In this document: positions 1 to 17,951 of the stretch, piece after piece
Layout of the letters: each line of letters opens with the position of its first letter
Position numbering within the stretch: the first letter of the stretch is position 1
Origin: Bugula neritina
Taxonomy: Eukaryota > Animalia > Bryozoa
Direction of reading: 5' to 3'
Length of the DNA: 64,000 bases
Assembly (NCBI GenBank): GCA_964035545.1
Contig: OZ037765.1
Span: 20,584,995 to 20,648,994, forward strand
Translations under genes and position numbers: made by a program
Notes under the pieces: model-generated
Seen by the model: only the letters and a program-made list of their open reading frames with translations
What the model was told of the DNA's origin: nothing
The model's database searches: none

Positions 1-819
1 ATACTTTTGCATTTTCTTACATAACATATCTGATGATCACGCTTACTTCTATTATTTGCAGACGGCACAGACAATTGAAGATCACATTGATTTCAAAAGA
101 AGTATGCAACTGTTTCCACTTCCCAAGTCTGCTATCCATATACCCAAGATTACGATGTCTAAACTGTGATAGAAATTATCTCCTACTTAATGCGTGGTTC
201 AACATACCACTTTTCTGTATTTCTTCATTTAAAAGCATAAACATTTTGTTAAGAATTTATGTTATAGCATTCTATATTGGTATTTTTTATTGTTTGAATA
301 TCTATATACTTTGCAAATTTGACTGCCAATAATGTGTAATATCTCAATAAATAGTATCTATGACCACTAAATATTGTGATTTTACTTTAATTTTACGCAT
401 GCTCTTTATATATTTTGTGTGTGTCATTTTGTCATAAGACTACTCACAATTAACTCATTTTGATTAGTAATTTTAAGGTGATATACCCATATAGGACAAT
501 GTGAATATTACGCACATCAGATTCAATAGACAGCTAAATATGTTCTCTGAAATTATACCACACTGGTTAGAAAGACAGCTTTAGAGTATTATGTGTGTTA
601 TGTTGCTTGAAACTAATGCTAGCTGATTAGTTTATGTTTATTATATTTTCAGACTTCAGTAAAGTAACAAATTAGAACTTTATTTTGTCAGATCTTTAGG
701 ATGAGATTTACAAACGATAAAGCTTCACAACACATATCCTTATAATAGAAGCAAAGTATCAGTAACTCCAAATAGTAATATAGTAAAGTGTTGATAACTC
801 CAAATACTAATACAAATTA

Positions 820-1077
820 CAAACGGGTCAACGGTTATTGGCTCAAATAATTTCGGATCACGTCATCAGTTTGCCTAGCAAATTCCAGCGCTATCGAGGT
901 GTAAACATTAACAAGCCATCTTTGTTTGGATAAAATTGAGAAAAGTTTTAGAAGGTCCCCACTTTGACCGAAGCTCTGTTACATGCTTTATGGCATCGTT
1001 AACTGTGGCATTATTGTTAATTCATCAAACTTATTTTCACATTTAATAATATTAATTCAGCTTCACTGTTGATAAAT
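820..1077 (+). promoter_or_regulatory. Probable promoter / non-coding first exon of gene 1
   Basis: Local cluster of CpGs (aacggg, ttcgga, cacgtca, gcgctatcg, accga) in otherwise CpG-poor DNA, ending at donor gtaagt at 1078. Confidence 0.5.
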
Positions 1078-1945
1078 GTAAGTCACTGAAAGTAAAAGTA
1101 TTTAACTTCAAGTTCAAGTAATACTAAAAGTAAAAGTAAATTACTTCTACAAGTACATATTGATATACTTATACTAAGTCTTATACGTATAGTTGTACGT
1201 TATACTTATACTTAGTTATAGTTGATTAATAGTTATAGTTCTTCACTTTTAGTTAATGCTATACCTATAGTTATATTAGTACTAGTACTAGTAGTGGACG
1301 TAGTACTAGTACTAGTACTACATCCGATAGTTCCACCTTTCCCCTATTTGGGGTCTTGGAACTAAATCAAGACAAGACTAGTAGTAGTAGACGTAGTCGG
1401 TAGTACTAGTACTTGAGTAGTACTGCTACTAATACTACTACTAGTACAGTACTAGTAGTAACAGTAATCATAATGGACACTGACAGAAAAACTAAAAGTA
1501 AATGGATCTAAATGACTAAGTAAATGCACTAGCCATTTCTACGGGTCAGTAACACTACTACTACTACTACTACTACTAGTAAGTAGTAGTAGGCCTAGTA
1601 CTGAAAGTAAGACTAAGAGTAAGTCTAATACTTAAAGGTAATAGTAATACTAATAATAATAAACAATCACAATATGAATATACATTCACATGCTTATAGC
1701 CATAGTGATAGTAATAATAATAATTAATAGAGTATAATGTTAATGCTAATACTGTAATAGTAATTCAAATTGTAATACTAATACTAATAGTAATACTAAT
1801 GATAATAATAATTTGAGTTCAAGTCAAAAGAGTTAACATAATTATTGGGATACATATACTTATATTTTAGTGATAATCCTATGTCCTAGCCAGTTTTAAA
1901 ATTAATTACATTAACTATGAGTACTAGTGCTACTACTAGTAGTTT
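1078..1945. repeat. Degenerate TAN-periodic low-complexity tract (actagt/tactac/aatagt)
   Basis: Examples: agtactagtactagtagt, actactactactactag, taatactaatactaatagtaatactaat. Confidence 0.85.
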
Positions 1946-2455
1946 AATAATCAATAAATAATTTGAACCAGTGTTACTATTACACTTGACAGTTGATAAT
2001 GTTAGGCTTATAATGATTTCAATGATCGTATCACATTCACTAAATAAAACACATTATTGAGAATGAACTACGTGGCTTTATTTTCTCATTAAAGTTTTAA
2101 ATTGTCCATTGTAGGTTACAAATTGTAAGGGCTAGTGTGGTTGCTGTTTAGTATAGTATCTCTGCAGAGTTATATAGTCTAAAATTCAAAAATTCTGGCT
2201 TTTTTAGTTCAATGTTCACCTCTTTTATCAAATCTAGCTGCAATGCAATGCAAAATGTTAGTTGATAGCAATCGTGTAAAAAAGCACTTCATTCAATTTT
2301 TCTAATCCTAAGGCTAAAAATATATGATAGCGGTATACATTGCTATAAAAAATTTTGAGGCTGGGACTTTTAATTCTAAACTTTAAAGCATATCATATTG
2401 CTTCAATGTCCTAAGCTTATAAAGATGATTTTTTATGTTGCAGAGTGTATAAGTT

Positions 2456-5400
2456 ATGGAAGAAGATGTCCAAGATAAATCTCAAATGCTTGTTGTTGTA
2501 CTTTGCGCTCACAACATTAAAACTCTCCTTAAGCAAACTCTAGCTGTTCAAATCACAAGAGAATCAGAATATAGTCCTAGTAAAATAGTTTCAAAGCTTC
2601 AAAGCATACACGAAAATGTAAATGGAAAAAATAAGAGTTTTACTGAAGATCTAAAAGAGATGATAGTGATGCTAGTTAAAGTCTTGAGCACATTTGATCC
2701 AACAAAACCTACTACAACTAAAGATGCTCCTACTCCTTGGAATATATCTTTAGAAAATTTTTTATCTATTCACCAACCTACTATACTCCATAATCTAGAT
2801 GATCATTTTATTACTAAAATATGTTCAAGTTTGGCGAATCTTGAAGATGATATCATAGATACGTTTCCTAGTCTTCGAGTTTTTGAAGTCACAGATGGAG
2901 TGTTGTCAAAATTACCATACACAAATAGGCATACTCAACTAGAAGCCATAGAAGGTTTAATTACAGCTTTACTAATTGACATAACAGAGGAGATAAAGCC
3001 AAATTATGAGAAACTGATTACGGCCACTATAGTGTCTTCTGGTGCCATCTTGGAAAGTTTAGATGTTGTTAATAGACAAAGAAATAGAAGTGTACATGGG
3101 GAATCATTTCCTACTAGCTCAGAGCTAACACACTTTGTGAAGGAATACTCTAATTGCGTCAGATACTTTATCCGTGAAATCAAGTGCTACCCTTATGCAG
3201 ATGAACTTGAGGTTAGTTGTTAATTATGTTTATATATATTTTTATGGATAGTTTGACATTGCGTATTAGTAGTGTCCTAGCAAACAACCCAAACCCTGTT
3301 AGGGTTATTTGTGGGGACACTACTAATAAAAATGCTGTTTTGCAAAGTTTTGTGATGTTTATCAAAGTTCATGGTTTTTCCCCGGCCATCTATAGCATTT
3401 TTAGAATAATCATTTTATTGGAAAGCTGTATATTTGTTATTCAACTACGAGACTTGTACTCACATTTCCATTAGAAGCTGGTGATATAGTTCTATGAGTT
3501 ACTGGAATGCCGCTGAGTTAGAAAAGACATAAACTTTTGTTGTAGATTACCTCTATTAACTGCCTCTAATTTAAACGAAGGCTGGTTTTTTCCACTACAA
3601 TCAAAACACATTTGTACACAGAAAATCTTTTTTAAATGAGTTTTTGGCAATATCACCTAAAACTGTTTATAACATTTAAAGAATCCCTGGCGTGCTTCAT
3701 TTATGCAGTATTAAAGTATTGGTAGATATTTTAGTTGTGGATTGACAGTTATAATTTCTAACTTCCAAGCTAGCTCAGTTATTAAGCTGTGTGTTACAGC
3801 AGCTAAAAATGGTATGCAAGGAAAGTCAGCACTAATTGCTACTAGTTTGATAACACTTGGATTTCAGAGCTGATCAGAAACGTCATCAGCATGAGCACAG
3901 AATTTCTTATAAAAAAATTGTACCCTCCAACAATCTGTAGATGAAAGCTAATATATATATGAATATTTTAATACTGCATAAATAAATAATCAGGGATTCT
4001 TTAAGGTTGTTGGATGAAATCTTAAAAAAGCTCCTTTAGTCACAGTTATAGATAAATGTTTAGGTTTTTTAAGAATGTGATATTTTGATTTCCGTCTGTA
4101 CGATTTAGTGTATAAATCAGATCTTGAGCCGTTTTTTTAAATAATGTTTATTTTTATCTTAGGACTCATTTTCATACTTCACTCTTTTTATTATTTGAAA
4201 TTAATATCTTCCCATTCTTTCACGTTTTAAGCTACTATTCATAGACATTTAAGTTTTATAGTAAGTTGTATTTGATGTACTTCAAAACTTGCTCATTTTA
4301 TTGCTAAATGATAATATCTTGTGTGATATAGTATACTTTATATTGTTGCTCAGGCTGTATTTATTCTCATATTATCTAAATTTTTAGATGCTTGAGAAGT
4401 ATTTGAATCCCGCTCCATCAACTGATCAAATACAGATGATCATTGATGCATATGATAAGTTAGTTCATTATTTATTACATATTTTCATACTAAGTCGAAG
4501 ATTGTGCCTTATTTTTACGTTTTATTGTATTTCAATACTTCTCTCTAGTTCTTGCTCATTTGAGTTTTTCTTATGAGTCTGAACTTTGAAATTGGAAAAA
4601 GTTGATTTTTAGCTAAATGTGTACTTTGTCTCGGAAGATATGGAGAATTTAATACATGTCTGAACTTAATTCAAACTAGAGAAATTTTTACCCCTTTTCC
4701 CACGAATCTAAGTAATGGTGTTTTTTTGCAGTATGAATTAAAATGTCATGAAATATTTTTAGAAATATATTAGAACTAGTTTCATACTCAGATAGAAAAT
4801 TAGTTGTTCATATAAAATCAATTTACTCTTAGTCTGTATTTCTTTTTTTTTATAAAAAGCTAATTTGGGGGTTGATTGAGGCTGCAGTTCTACACTCGTC
4901 TAACATTCTACCACATCCGCACAGCTTATGTCTTGGAAGTATAAAATGTGTTTCCTCGCATATAATATCAACATATGTAACTTGGATTCTAATGCACCGA
5001 TATCATATTTCTGTTCATTCAAGTGTATTATGTGTATTTGTGTCTGTATGTATTCATATTTGTATATACTTTAGGGCTATATATTCATTGGGTAAAAAGA
5101 GGCCAGTAGGTTCAAAAGAAATGGATCCTAAAACAGTGAAGATGATTAATTTGTTAGCCAAGTAAGTACTACATCCTGTTTCCATGGAAAAAATATATCG
5201 AAAGCACTTGTTTTGGTTCTGTAAGCCTCCAGTTATTGTTGCTGGATAGAAGAAGGGAAAAATTTCAATCTAGTGTAAAAGTAAAACTAGGCTCTCTGTA
5301 TATCCTAGTTACCAGATGTGAGACAGTATCTTAAAAAGTTTGAAATACTTGCACAACATTTGCATCCTTGTGTTTCAGAGAGCAACATGGTCTCTGGAAA

Positions 5401-5475
5401 AAGTCTAATATGAAGTTGAAGGACGTCTTCTCATATGACATAAGAAGTGAATCTAAGACAGTCTCTGCAGATTAA
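2456..5475 (+). CDS. Uncharacterised ~337 aa protein with a candidate HEPN-like RNxxxH motif; 4 coding exons
   Basis: Exons 2456-3211, 4388-4458, 5075-5161 and 5379-5475. All junctions are GT-AG and phase-compatible (..ELE|MLEKY..YDK|AIYS..LAK|EQHGLWKK..SAD*). There is an acceptor ttgcag at 2443 just before the ATG and a candidate 5'UTR donor gtaagt at 1078. No family recognised with certainty. Confidence 0.75.
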
Positions 5476-7893
5476 TCACCAGTATCTTCAAATAATGACT
5501 CATGTGAGTTGTTTTCTTTGCTTCACGTGAATCAAATATGCAGGTGTATTATGAGATCTTGAACTTTTTATTTTGTTACTGGTCATAGAATAAGAGAGTA
5601 AATGATTGTGCATGTTGCTAATCCATTTCAAGATACATCAGTTATGACAAAATTGGTGAAATTTGCAGAGTGAATTTTTTATTTCAATTGAGAATTTTCT
5701 GTTGTTGCTGTTTTTAAAGTACTGACTTTATCTAATAAAGTGCAGCATGCGGTTGTTATGTGGCTGAAACTATTTTTGTCAGTTTGGAATGCTCACCCTT
5801 GGAACAGATAATATTATTACTGTAAAGTTATTCTTTATGTGTCTAAATAGGGTATTATTATTACTTGTGTTGTAAAATTTAAAATGATCTGGTTAATTTA
5901 TTACATTGGCAAGACTTGTGAATTTTTCAAGTTATATTTTGGTTAATTTCAACTCCCAAATTTTTGTGTCATAGCACAACCTGATCTATCAGATAACACA
6001 ATTATTAATCGTGGTAAGCTTTAATATTTCATATTTTGTAGGAAACAGATTCGTAGCTTTTCCTAGATAACAAGCTTACATCTCTCCGCTAATCAGTTGT
6101 GTATATTGCTTTGTTTATGATGTTTTTTCTAATCAATTTATTAAACTTAATTATTTGATTCTTGTATTATGTTTATTCTTTGAGGATTTTAGTTTAGTGA
6201 GATTTTTTGCTACTTATATCTTAATGTTATGAAGGCCTGAGCAGATTGGGGGATGTTTAGCAGCGAAGTGAAAGTAGAGTTTGTAGCCAGCATGTATTCA
6301 AGTGTTTTTCTTTTATTAGGATCTAATGGTTATGGCATAGATTACCATTGACTTCTATTAACGTTGCTGTAATCAAGGGCATGGTTTTTCTCAAGTACAT
6401 AATTCATCCAAGTGCATTGATTTGCTGCATTTTCATGATGATTTTACTAGCAATAAAAATTAATATTTTGTTAGTTAATATTCATCTCACCAGGTTGGCT
6501 TGTGATATCTAAATTGACAATTTTCTGTTTTTTCCATATTTGCCATAAGCTTTCAATAGCAAAACTACTCACATATTTCGCCTTTGCTCTCTCTCTCTAT
6601 CTGCATTGTTTTACTAGCTGGTAGCAACATTTTGATTCAATTAAATTTTATCCCTGTTTCACCCCATTCTGCTCAGACCTATATACTCTGCATTTATGTG
6701 ATTTTTCTTTGTAGATGTTGATTTAGATGTTGAAACTAGATAGTAAAATATTAGTTAACATTACAGTTTTTACTTGTAGTGCTGAATTCTAATAAATATT
6801 TAGCAAGCATACTCCATACGGTTTTTTTCATTTTAAGTAGTAAACAATGTCAGAAAGAGCATCTAATAAAAGTTGTTCATTTACTTTACTATTAAGTGTA
6901 TATGATTCACCCTCAAGAACCAACATAACATTACAACTTCTCACAATAACTGATGATTCAAACATGTGATAGAAGTCTGTGAATGACACCATGTACTGAC
7001 TGCATCTTGATCAAACATGGTTATATCATGAGTACAAGAATTATATTATAGTGTTAAATATTGAATGAATTATTAATAAAGATAAGTTGAAACTATTGGC
7101 TTCTAAATAGTGAAGAGTCATCTGTATGCATCTGAGCAGTGCCTTACCAATACTGAAAGCAGACTGTTAATCAAACATGAGTTTTACTGGTTTCTAAATT
7201 TTAAAATCAGACCATTTAGGTCTTTAGGGGTTAGAAAGTTGAAAGAATATTTATTGTTATAGATCAGACTGTTGTGTTTATGTATTATTAGAGAGTTGAA
7301 TATCAGCTGTGATCAGCTTAGATCTTATGCTGTTTGATTCATTTGTGCACATATCTAAAATGCGGTTTATTGTTTTAAAACAGATGTTCTGAATGTATTC
7401 ACAAAGAGTTTTAAAAGTGAGAATTAAATGATTGATTTTAGCCAGCCACAGTTGGTTTTTTTATAGTTCATTTATTGCACAAAACATTTTTAGATTGCTG
7501 TTAAGCTGCCACAAAATCATGTAGCTCCAAAGCTAAAGTTATCATTAAGCAAATTCAAAACCCAGAAGATTTTCCTGTGGTTCATAAAGCAGCCTGGTAA
7601 AGTTTAGACTATAGTTGAAAGCACAACACCGGTTATCTGTATAGTTTGCTCTGTTTCAGGTAGATGCTTTGTTGTGAGTTTAGAAGAGTTTTCGGTATAA
7701 AATACATCAGTAAAATGTTCCAGCCTTATCAAGATGGATATTCAAAACAAATTGATAGTCAGCTCAGCGGACTGTTTATGATGAAACTTATCTGTTATGT
7801 GCATAGATGCTATTTTTTATTATTTTAAATAATAAACAACCCACGATAACACAATGGTATCTATTCATATAACAGATAAAGCTTCATTGCAAG

Positions 7894-9036
7894 CAGGGTT
7901 GGGGTCAATTACATGTAAATGTAATTAATTACAATTACAATTACATGAAGATTTGTCAATTACAATTATAATTACAGTTAAAACAAATGTAATTAATTAC
8001 AATTACAATTACATGGCAATGTAATTAATTACAATTACAATTACTTTTGTTCTCACAAGGAATAAATAGAAGTCACTTCTAGGGTCTAACTACCAGGGGC
8101 AGTGTTGACAGTGGTGAACCTCTTTTATTTTCTACAGTGATACTATTATGTCATTTCATACCAAATCAACCAACTTTCAAGGGGTCCCACGTCCAACTCA
8201 TATTTACACTAAATAAACCTACACATGTTCAGATTACCATTCGTGAATATTTCTGGCCTGACACAAAAACATTTTGAGAAATTACTACTTTGGTGAACAA
8301 AGATTGGAAAATATTTTGAGGAAAATTTGTGATTTATACTTTTAGACCAATTTATAAGCAATTTAAAATTTGATTAGGTGGGTATTTGCAATTTTTCAAT
8401 ATTTACAAAGATTTGTTCATATTCAATGACTTTGCATATAAGCGCACAAAGTATTCTGTAATATGTGTTGCTACTAGTGCAAATTGATAGGTAGTATCAA
8501 ATCACACAGCAAATTTTAAGGCTCAGTCTAGAAAAATGATTGAGATATAGACGTTTATAGATTAGTCTCAAAGTAGAAATCACAAATTTTCCTCAAAATG
8601 TTTCTCAACCTTTGTCCACAAAAGTAGTCAGTTCTCAAAAAAAATTTGTGTCAGGTCAGAAATACTGAAGAAGAGTACGTGAGGCATTTGTAGGTCTATT
8701 TGGTGTAAACATGAACAAAATCTGCGACGCAAATAGACGCGGGCAATTCGGTGAGCTGGCATGGAATGACCCTACTTTACTGACCTAACTATCTGAATTT
8801 GTTATTTACCAATAGGCATTGTAGAAAAAGGAGTTTTTTAAGATTTAAAAGTTTGAAGTAATTGACATGTAATTATAAAGTAATTGTAAAAATCAATTAC
8901 ATTAGATATGTAATTAATTACAATTACAATTACAATTACATTTTTAAACCTCAATTACAAATTACATTCAATTACTTGAAAAAATGTAATTAATTACAGC
9001 CAATTACAATTACAAATTACAATTACCCCAACCCTG
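7894..9036. mobile_element. Non-autonomous hAT-type element (MITE) with 8-bp TSD
   Basis: Termini cagggttggggt ... accccaaccctg. Perfect 8-bp direct repeat attgcaag at 7886-7893 and 9037-9044. Arrays of aattac/gtaatt subterminal repeats at both ends. Confidence 0.9.
8148..8772. mobile_element. Degenerate long-TIR MITE nested inside the hAT element
   Basis: Left end atgtcatttcatacc matches the reverse complement of right end ggcatggaatgaccc. An imperfect inverted repeat continues over about 8200-8335 vs 8575-8715 (gaggaaaatttgtgattt / aaatcacaaattttcctc). Confidence 0.75.
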
Positions 9037-9352
9037 ATTGCAAGCCCCATTATTCATCTGCTTTGTCAGCTACTATAATGTCTTTCTGAAACTCTGTCTC
9101 CTTATAAAGCACAGTTCATTCTAGTTTTCTATGAAAGTCTTATCAGGTACAGAAGTGGGTAACACTACTTTTCAAATTGGCTCCTAAATTCTGGTGAAGC
9201 CCAAGATAGCTTGCTCTATATAAGTTTGAATAATGTTGAATGCAGACTAAATTGATTCGATTTTACAAGCATTTTAACTTCCTAAGCGTGACATATAAGC
9301 TTTGTTGGTAATACACCAGCTCTACAGAAATGTTAATATAATAAATAATTTT

Positions 9353-9540
9353 AGGTAAAAATGGCACCTAAACGAAAAGCCACCCCCTCCACCCCAAACC
9401 AAAAACCCTAAACTCAAACCCTCACCACCAAACTCAAACTCCTGCTCCAAACTTAAACCCACCCCAAACATTGAAAATGTGCCATTTTTACCTACTTTTT
9501 CATTTGTGCCAGTTTTACTAGTGCCATTTTTACCGGACAC
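9353..9540. mobile_element. MITE fragment, Mutator-like
   Basis: Inverted pair ggtaaaaatggcac / gtgccatttttacc, tandem gtgccattttt-type subrepeats and a C-rich aaaccc spacer. No TSD found. Confidence 0.55.
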
Positions 9541-10110
9541 CATAATTAATTTGTATACATGCATAGCAACATTATAGCATAATAAGTAAAAACTAGTAAT
9601 AAAAATAACACTTAAAAAGTTAACCTAAATGCTAATTAAGTTTAGTACAAGAAGTTGAAATGATTACAATGCTTTTAACAAACATTATAAAAACTGAAAT
9701 CAACTTGTGTTATTATTTTCAATTTAAATAGTGCACCAATGTAGATTGATATGTGGGCTTAATTACAAAGTTTCTGTTTTAGCTACTGCTAAACTGTAAC
9801 AAATTATTGTTTTTACTATTCTTAGCACAGAGTTGATACTTGATATCCACTTCAGTGAAATGTCACTACAGTTTCTCAAACTAGAATGGATTCATTGGTT
9901 TCCCTGGATTCAAAAGGTTGTCAAAGAATAAATCATAACTGGTTTAAAGCATTACTTATAAATTATAATTGTAGTGTTGTGCCTTGTAGACTGTAGCTCT
10001 GCGTTAGTAGAGTTTACACGAAGCATAAACCTTTTAGAATGGCCTTTAATTTCCCCCTGTCACAAATTCTGAGTGTACATATACCTATAGACTTACAGGG
10101 TTTTTCCTAA

Positions 10111-10544
10111 TGATTATACAAGAATGTTCATAAATATTCTAGACTGATCAAAAAGATGGGTCGTTGTTCATTGTTATTGTTTTCATTAGTCATGTTAACT
10201 ACTGCCCAACAATGTAAACAAGGTGTTGCGCAATAATTGCGAAATAACCATGGAAATTCCAATGTTTTGTTTTGTTTTGATTTTCTATAAATAGTATTGG
10301 CATGTGGAGAATGTTTTCTACTAGAATCTTCTATACTGGAATGCTTGAGAATGTTCTAGAGTTTTTTTGTTTACTATAAATACTGAGGCAGTTGTGTTTA
10401 CGAATAAGTTCATTCTTAGAGAGAAATAAAGTCTACTTATATTCACAACTCTATTTACTCTCAACTTGATTAGCAAGCTGTATGCTACTTGTCTATACAC
10501 TTCTGACTACCAGACTTTTCGAACTCGTCACACTGCTACTAACA
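10111..10544 (+). mobile_element. Probable solo LTR
   Basis: About 430 bp starting with TG and ending near ..aaca. Contains repeated tctaga-type motifs, TATAAAT (~10375) followed by AATAAA (~10425), and a possible ctaa 4-bp duplication. Confidence 0.5.
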
Positions 10545-12255
10545 GTTTTGTGACACCCCCATCTGAACTAATTAGTGTTAAAAACTGTGTTGGCATTGTG
10601 AAGAAAAAGGCACTGCTCAGAAGTGTTCAATAACAAACAGCACTTACTTATAAATAGATATAATGATAATATATACTAGATGTATTTTGCATATTCATAT
10701 GTAATTAAACTTAATATGCAGTGCAGTAGCAACTGGCTTCTTTAGTGCAAATGTAAAACTGAAATAATACAAGTGATGACAATACAGTAAATGTGCATGA
10801 TGCTATAAATTAAATAATATATATCTATATAATTATGCTCCCAATCATATACCATCCTGGGAGAAACCTTGCATGTGACCATGAGTAGTGACTACAACCT
10901 ATTATCTAATGAATGCCAATTGTTATAAATAAATGTGATTTGAAAATACCTATTCATTGGGATAAGTTAATTTTGTAATTGCTGTAGGCATATCATCTAA
11001 CCTTCTTTTATTTAAGCAACTACTAACTCTAAGTAAGTATGTACCATATTTTTAACATTATATAAACATTATCAACTAGTGTTTAAATTCTAAATCCCTA
11101 GCACTAATAATAGATGGTCTAAAAGTAGTATAATTTTAACATAATGTCTTATTATTAAGTAAATTAACAGCATCAAATATCTACAAACTATTGCTTTGCA
11201 AGGTTATTCTATAACGTAAGCAGATGTTATAGTAGTATTACAACCATAAATGATACATCTATATTACATGTTGAAAAGGTTTGTTCATATATAAAAGGGT
11301 TATATAATGCACCTTTATATTCATTAATAGCTATAATTTGTTATTTATCAGTTTGACCAATTTTTGAATTCCTAAAACCAATGATTTATTCTAGTTTGCT
11401 ATTATATGCATCGGGCCTATTCAATAATCCACTATATATTATCGCATCAAAATACTAAGTCTATATCTTCAAAATGTAGATGCTATCAGCATAAAATATA
11501 TATGGCTAGAAAACTTATGTAAATATTTAACTAGCCGAAAGCATTTTGATATTACTTTCTTGTACAAATAGCAGTACATAAAAAGAGTTTTTTCATTGCT
11601 CGCCAATAAACGATGCCCAAAGTACAAACGCAATAAAGTCTACGAATTACATATAATCTGAAAAGGTAGGCCGCATTTTATTAAGAACATTAAAGTAATA
11701 AAAGTTTAGCAATTTCTATTCAAATTAAAATATTTACAGCCTAAGAAAACTTATACTCGTAATAACATTTATGAGGGATCTTAAACCTCTAAGACTTTCG
11801 CTTTACAACTCACATCATTAAGAAACTGTCGTTTCAAACCTTATCTCTGGATTACCAAAAACATAACCAAAATGGCTGTGGACAAATGTTTGGAGGAAGG
11901 CACAAGCAGAATTTAGTGATCAAATATCAAGCAACGTCGAGTCAAATTCTTTCAAGTGTGTTTGGTTTTTTAGAGCAAATCATGAGTAGTTTATAGAGGT
12001 GGTGTACAAATAAACTCGTTCAACTGTCTAATAATCAAATCATGTTTAAATAATGAAAGTAATAATAGCTAATGAAAAAATAAATCCAACGCCATCTTCA
12101 GAGGACTGTCCAAATTGGGATACATTGGGATAGTGATGGACTAATGCAAATAATTTTGCTTTTCAAGTGTGACTATCCAATAGATTGATCAGAATATTTT
12201 ATTTGGCAGTTGTTGAATTGAGTGTACATTTTACTTCATATTTGTAGGAAAAAAA

Positions 12256-16601
<4,346 letters not shown>

Positions 16602-17607
16602 AATACTGAATATATATTATAAAAACTAGATTATGAGATGGTCTGTTTGACAATTGGTTGGCATTTATAATTTACTTTTTAAATCTGCAATCACATACAA
16701 CATGTCTGTGTGGCTGCAATGTTGCAAAGTATATTACCAAATTAATTACTTTTTTTCTCTATTTATATAATATATGGAGTTGTATAAATCTGTTTAAAAT
16801 TATCTGCTAGCAATACATTACAGATCTGTAATATTATATATGAAGTTTTGTTTTTAAAAGAAATATCATTGTAACTTGCTTAAAATATTTAATTCAATTG
16901 GAATTAATTGTGTTGATACAAAGTATTTATACTATAGATACTAAAGTCCTTTTCATTATATAAACCTTTGCCATTTAATAGATTTTAAGATTTTAGTTCA
17001 AAATCTGTTGTTAAAATATAAGTAATTTTTTTATATGTTCGGCATGAATGCTGCAAATGTGTTTTATTTTTTATACCATAAAATACATATATTAAAAGTT
17101 TATTGTAAATATTTTATAGGTACACAATTATAAATGCAAATAAATACTTTTCTTTTTAAACATAACAAAAATTTGCATTGCTTAAAAAGTTTCAAGTACC
17201 TCAGGCAACACCATCTCTACATTATTATATGCATAGTACAACAATATTTTTAATGATCAATAACATTTATTTATTACAGATTGGCAAAAGTATTTAAAAT
17301 TTCATCAGCTGAATAGAAAAAAGAGCTTCAAATATTGTTCTTTCAACTGTAAGTAGACAATGAAAATCTAAAATAATACATTAAAATAAGGCTTTTAGTC
17401 ACCATGTGCTTAGCAGCAGCATTTTGGCTGATTAGAACATGTCTAATCAATGCATATACAGTTTGCTAAATACTGAACTCCTAGAATAGCAATTATTGCT
17501 ATTATAATTCTGAAAAACGTCAATCTTGCTTTCAGATCTTTCATCTCAATAAAAGAAAATAATATATGCAGCCTATCATAAAATCAATATTTGTTGGGTT
17601 TAGGTAA

Positions 17608-17951
17608 GCCTAGGGCCACACGGTGCATATTTTCGCATGCGAAAATTGAAATCACAAGTAGCAAAGGTGTCCACTGTGCGCGTTGAGAAAACCTTCGCAC
17701 TTGTCGCTCTGCATTCTCAACGCAAGTGCGAATCGTCTCTGTCGTCGTCACCTAATTGGCTGTTAGTTATTCAGCGAGCCCAACTTCTTTATTTTAGTGC
17801 TACATTCCAGTAAATTGCGTTTTATTGAAAGCGAGTGCGATTAAAAAATGAAAGCTTTATTTATCACGCATCAGTGACGCTACAGTGGACACCTTTGCTA
17901 CTTGTGATTTCAATTTTCGCATGCGAAAATACGCACCGTGTGGCCCTAGGC
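17608..17951. mobile_element. PIF/Harbinger-type (Tourist-like) MITE
   Basis: About 70-bp near-perfect TIRs (gcctagggccacacggtgc...aggtgtccactgt / acagtggacacct...gcaccgtgtggccctaggc), flanked by TAA at 17605-17607 and 17952-17954. CpG-rich, so probably young. Confidence 0.9.

Noticed and set aside
33-332. 99-aa ORF, or an exon of a divergent upstream gene
   Set aside because: No recognisable motif, composition typical of AT-rich noncoding DNA, and the minus-strand frames are interrupted by stops.
9380-9470. Telomere-like aaaccct repeats and the 80-aa minus-strand ORF
   Set aside because: Irregular units lying between MITE inverted repeats; interior of a transposon fragment.
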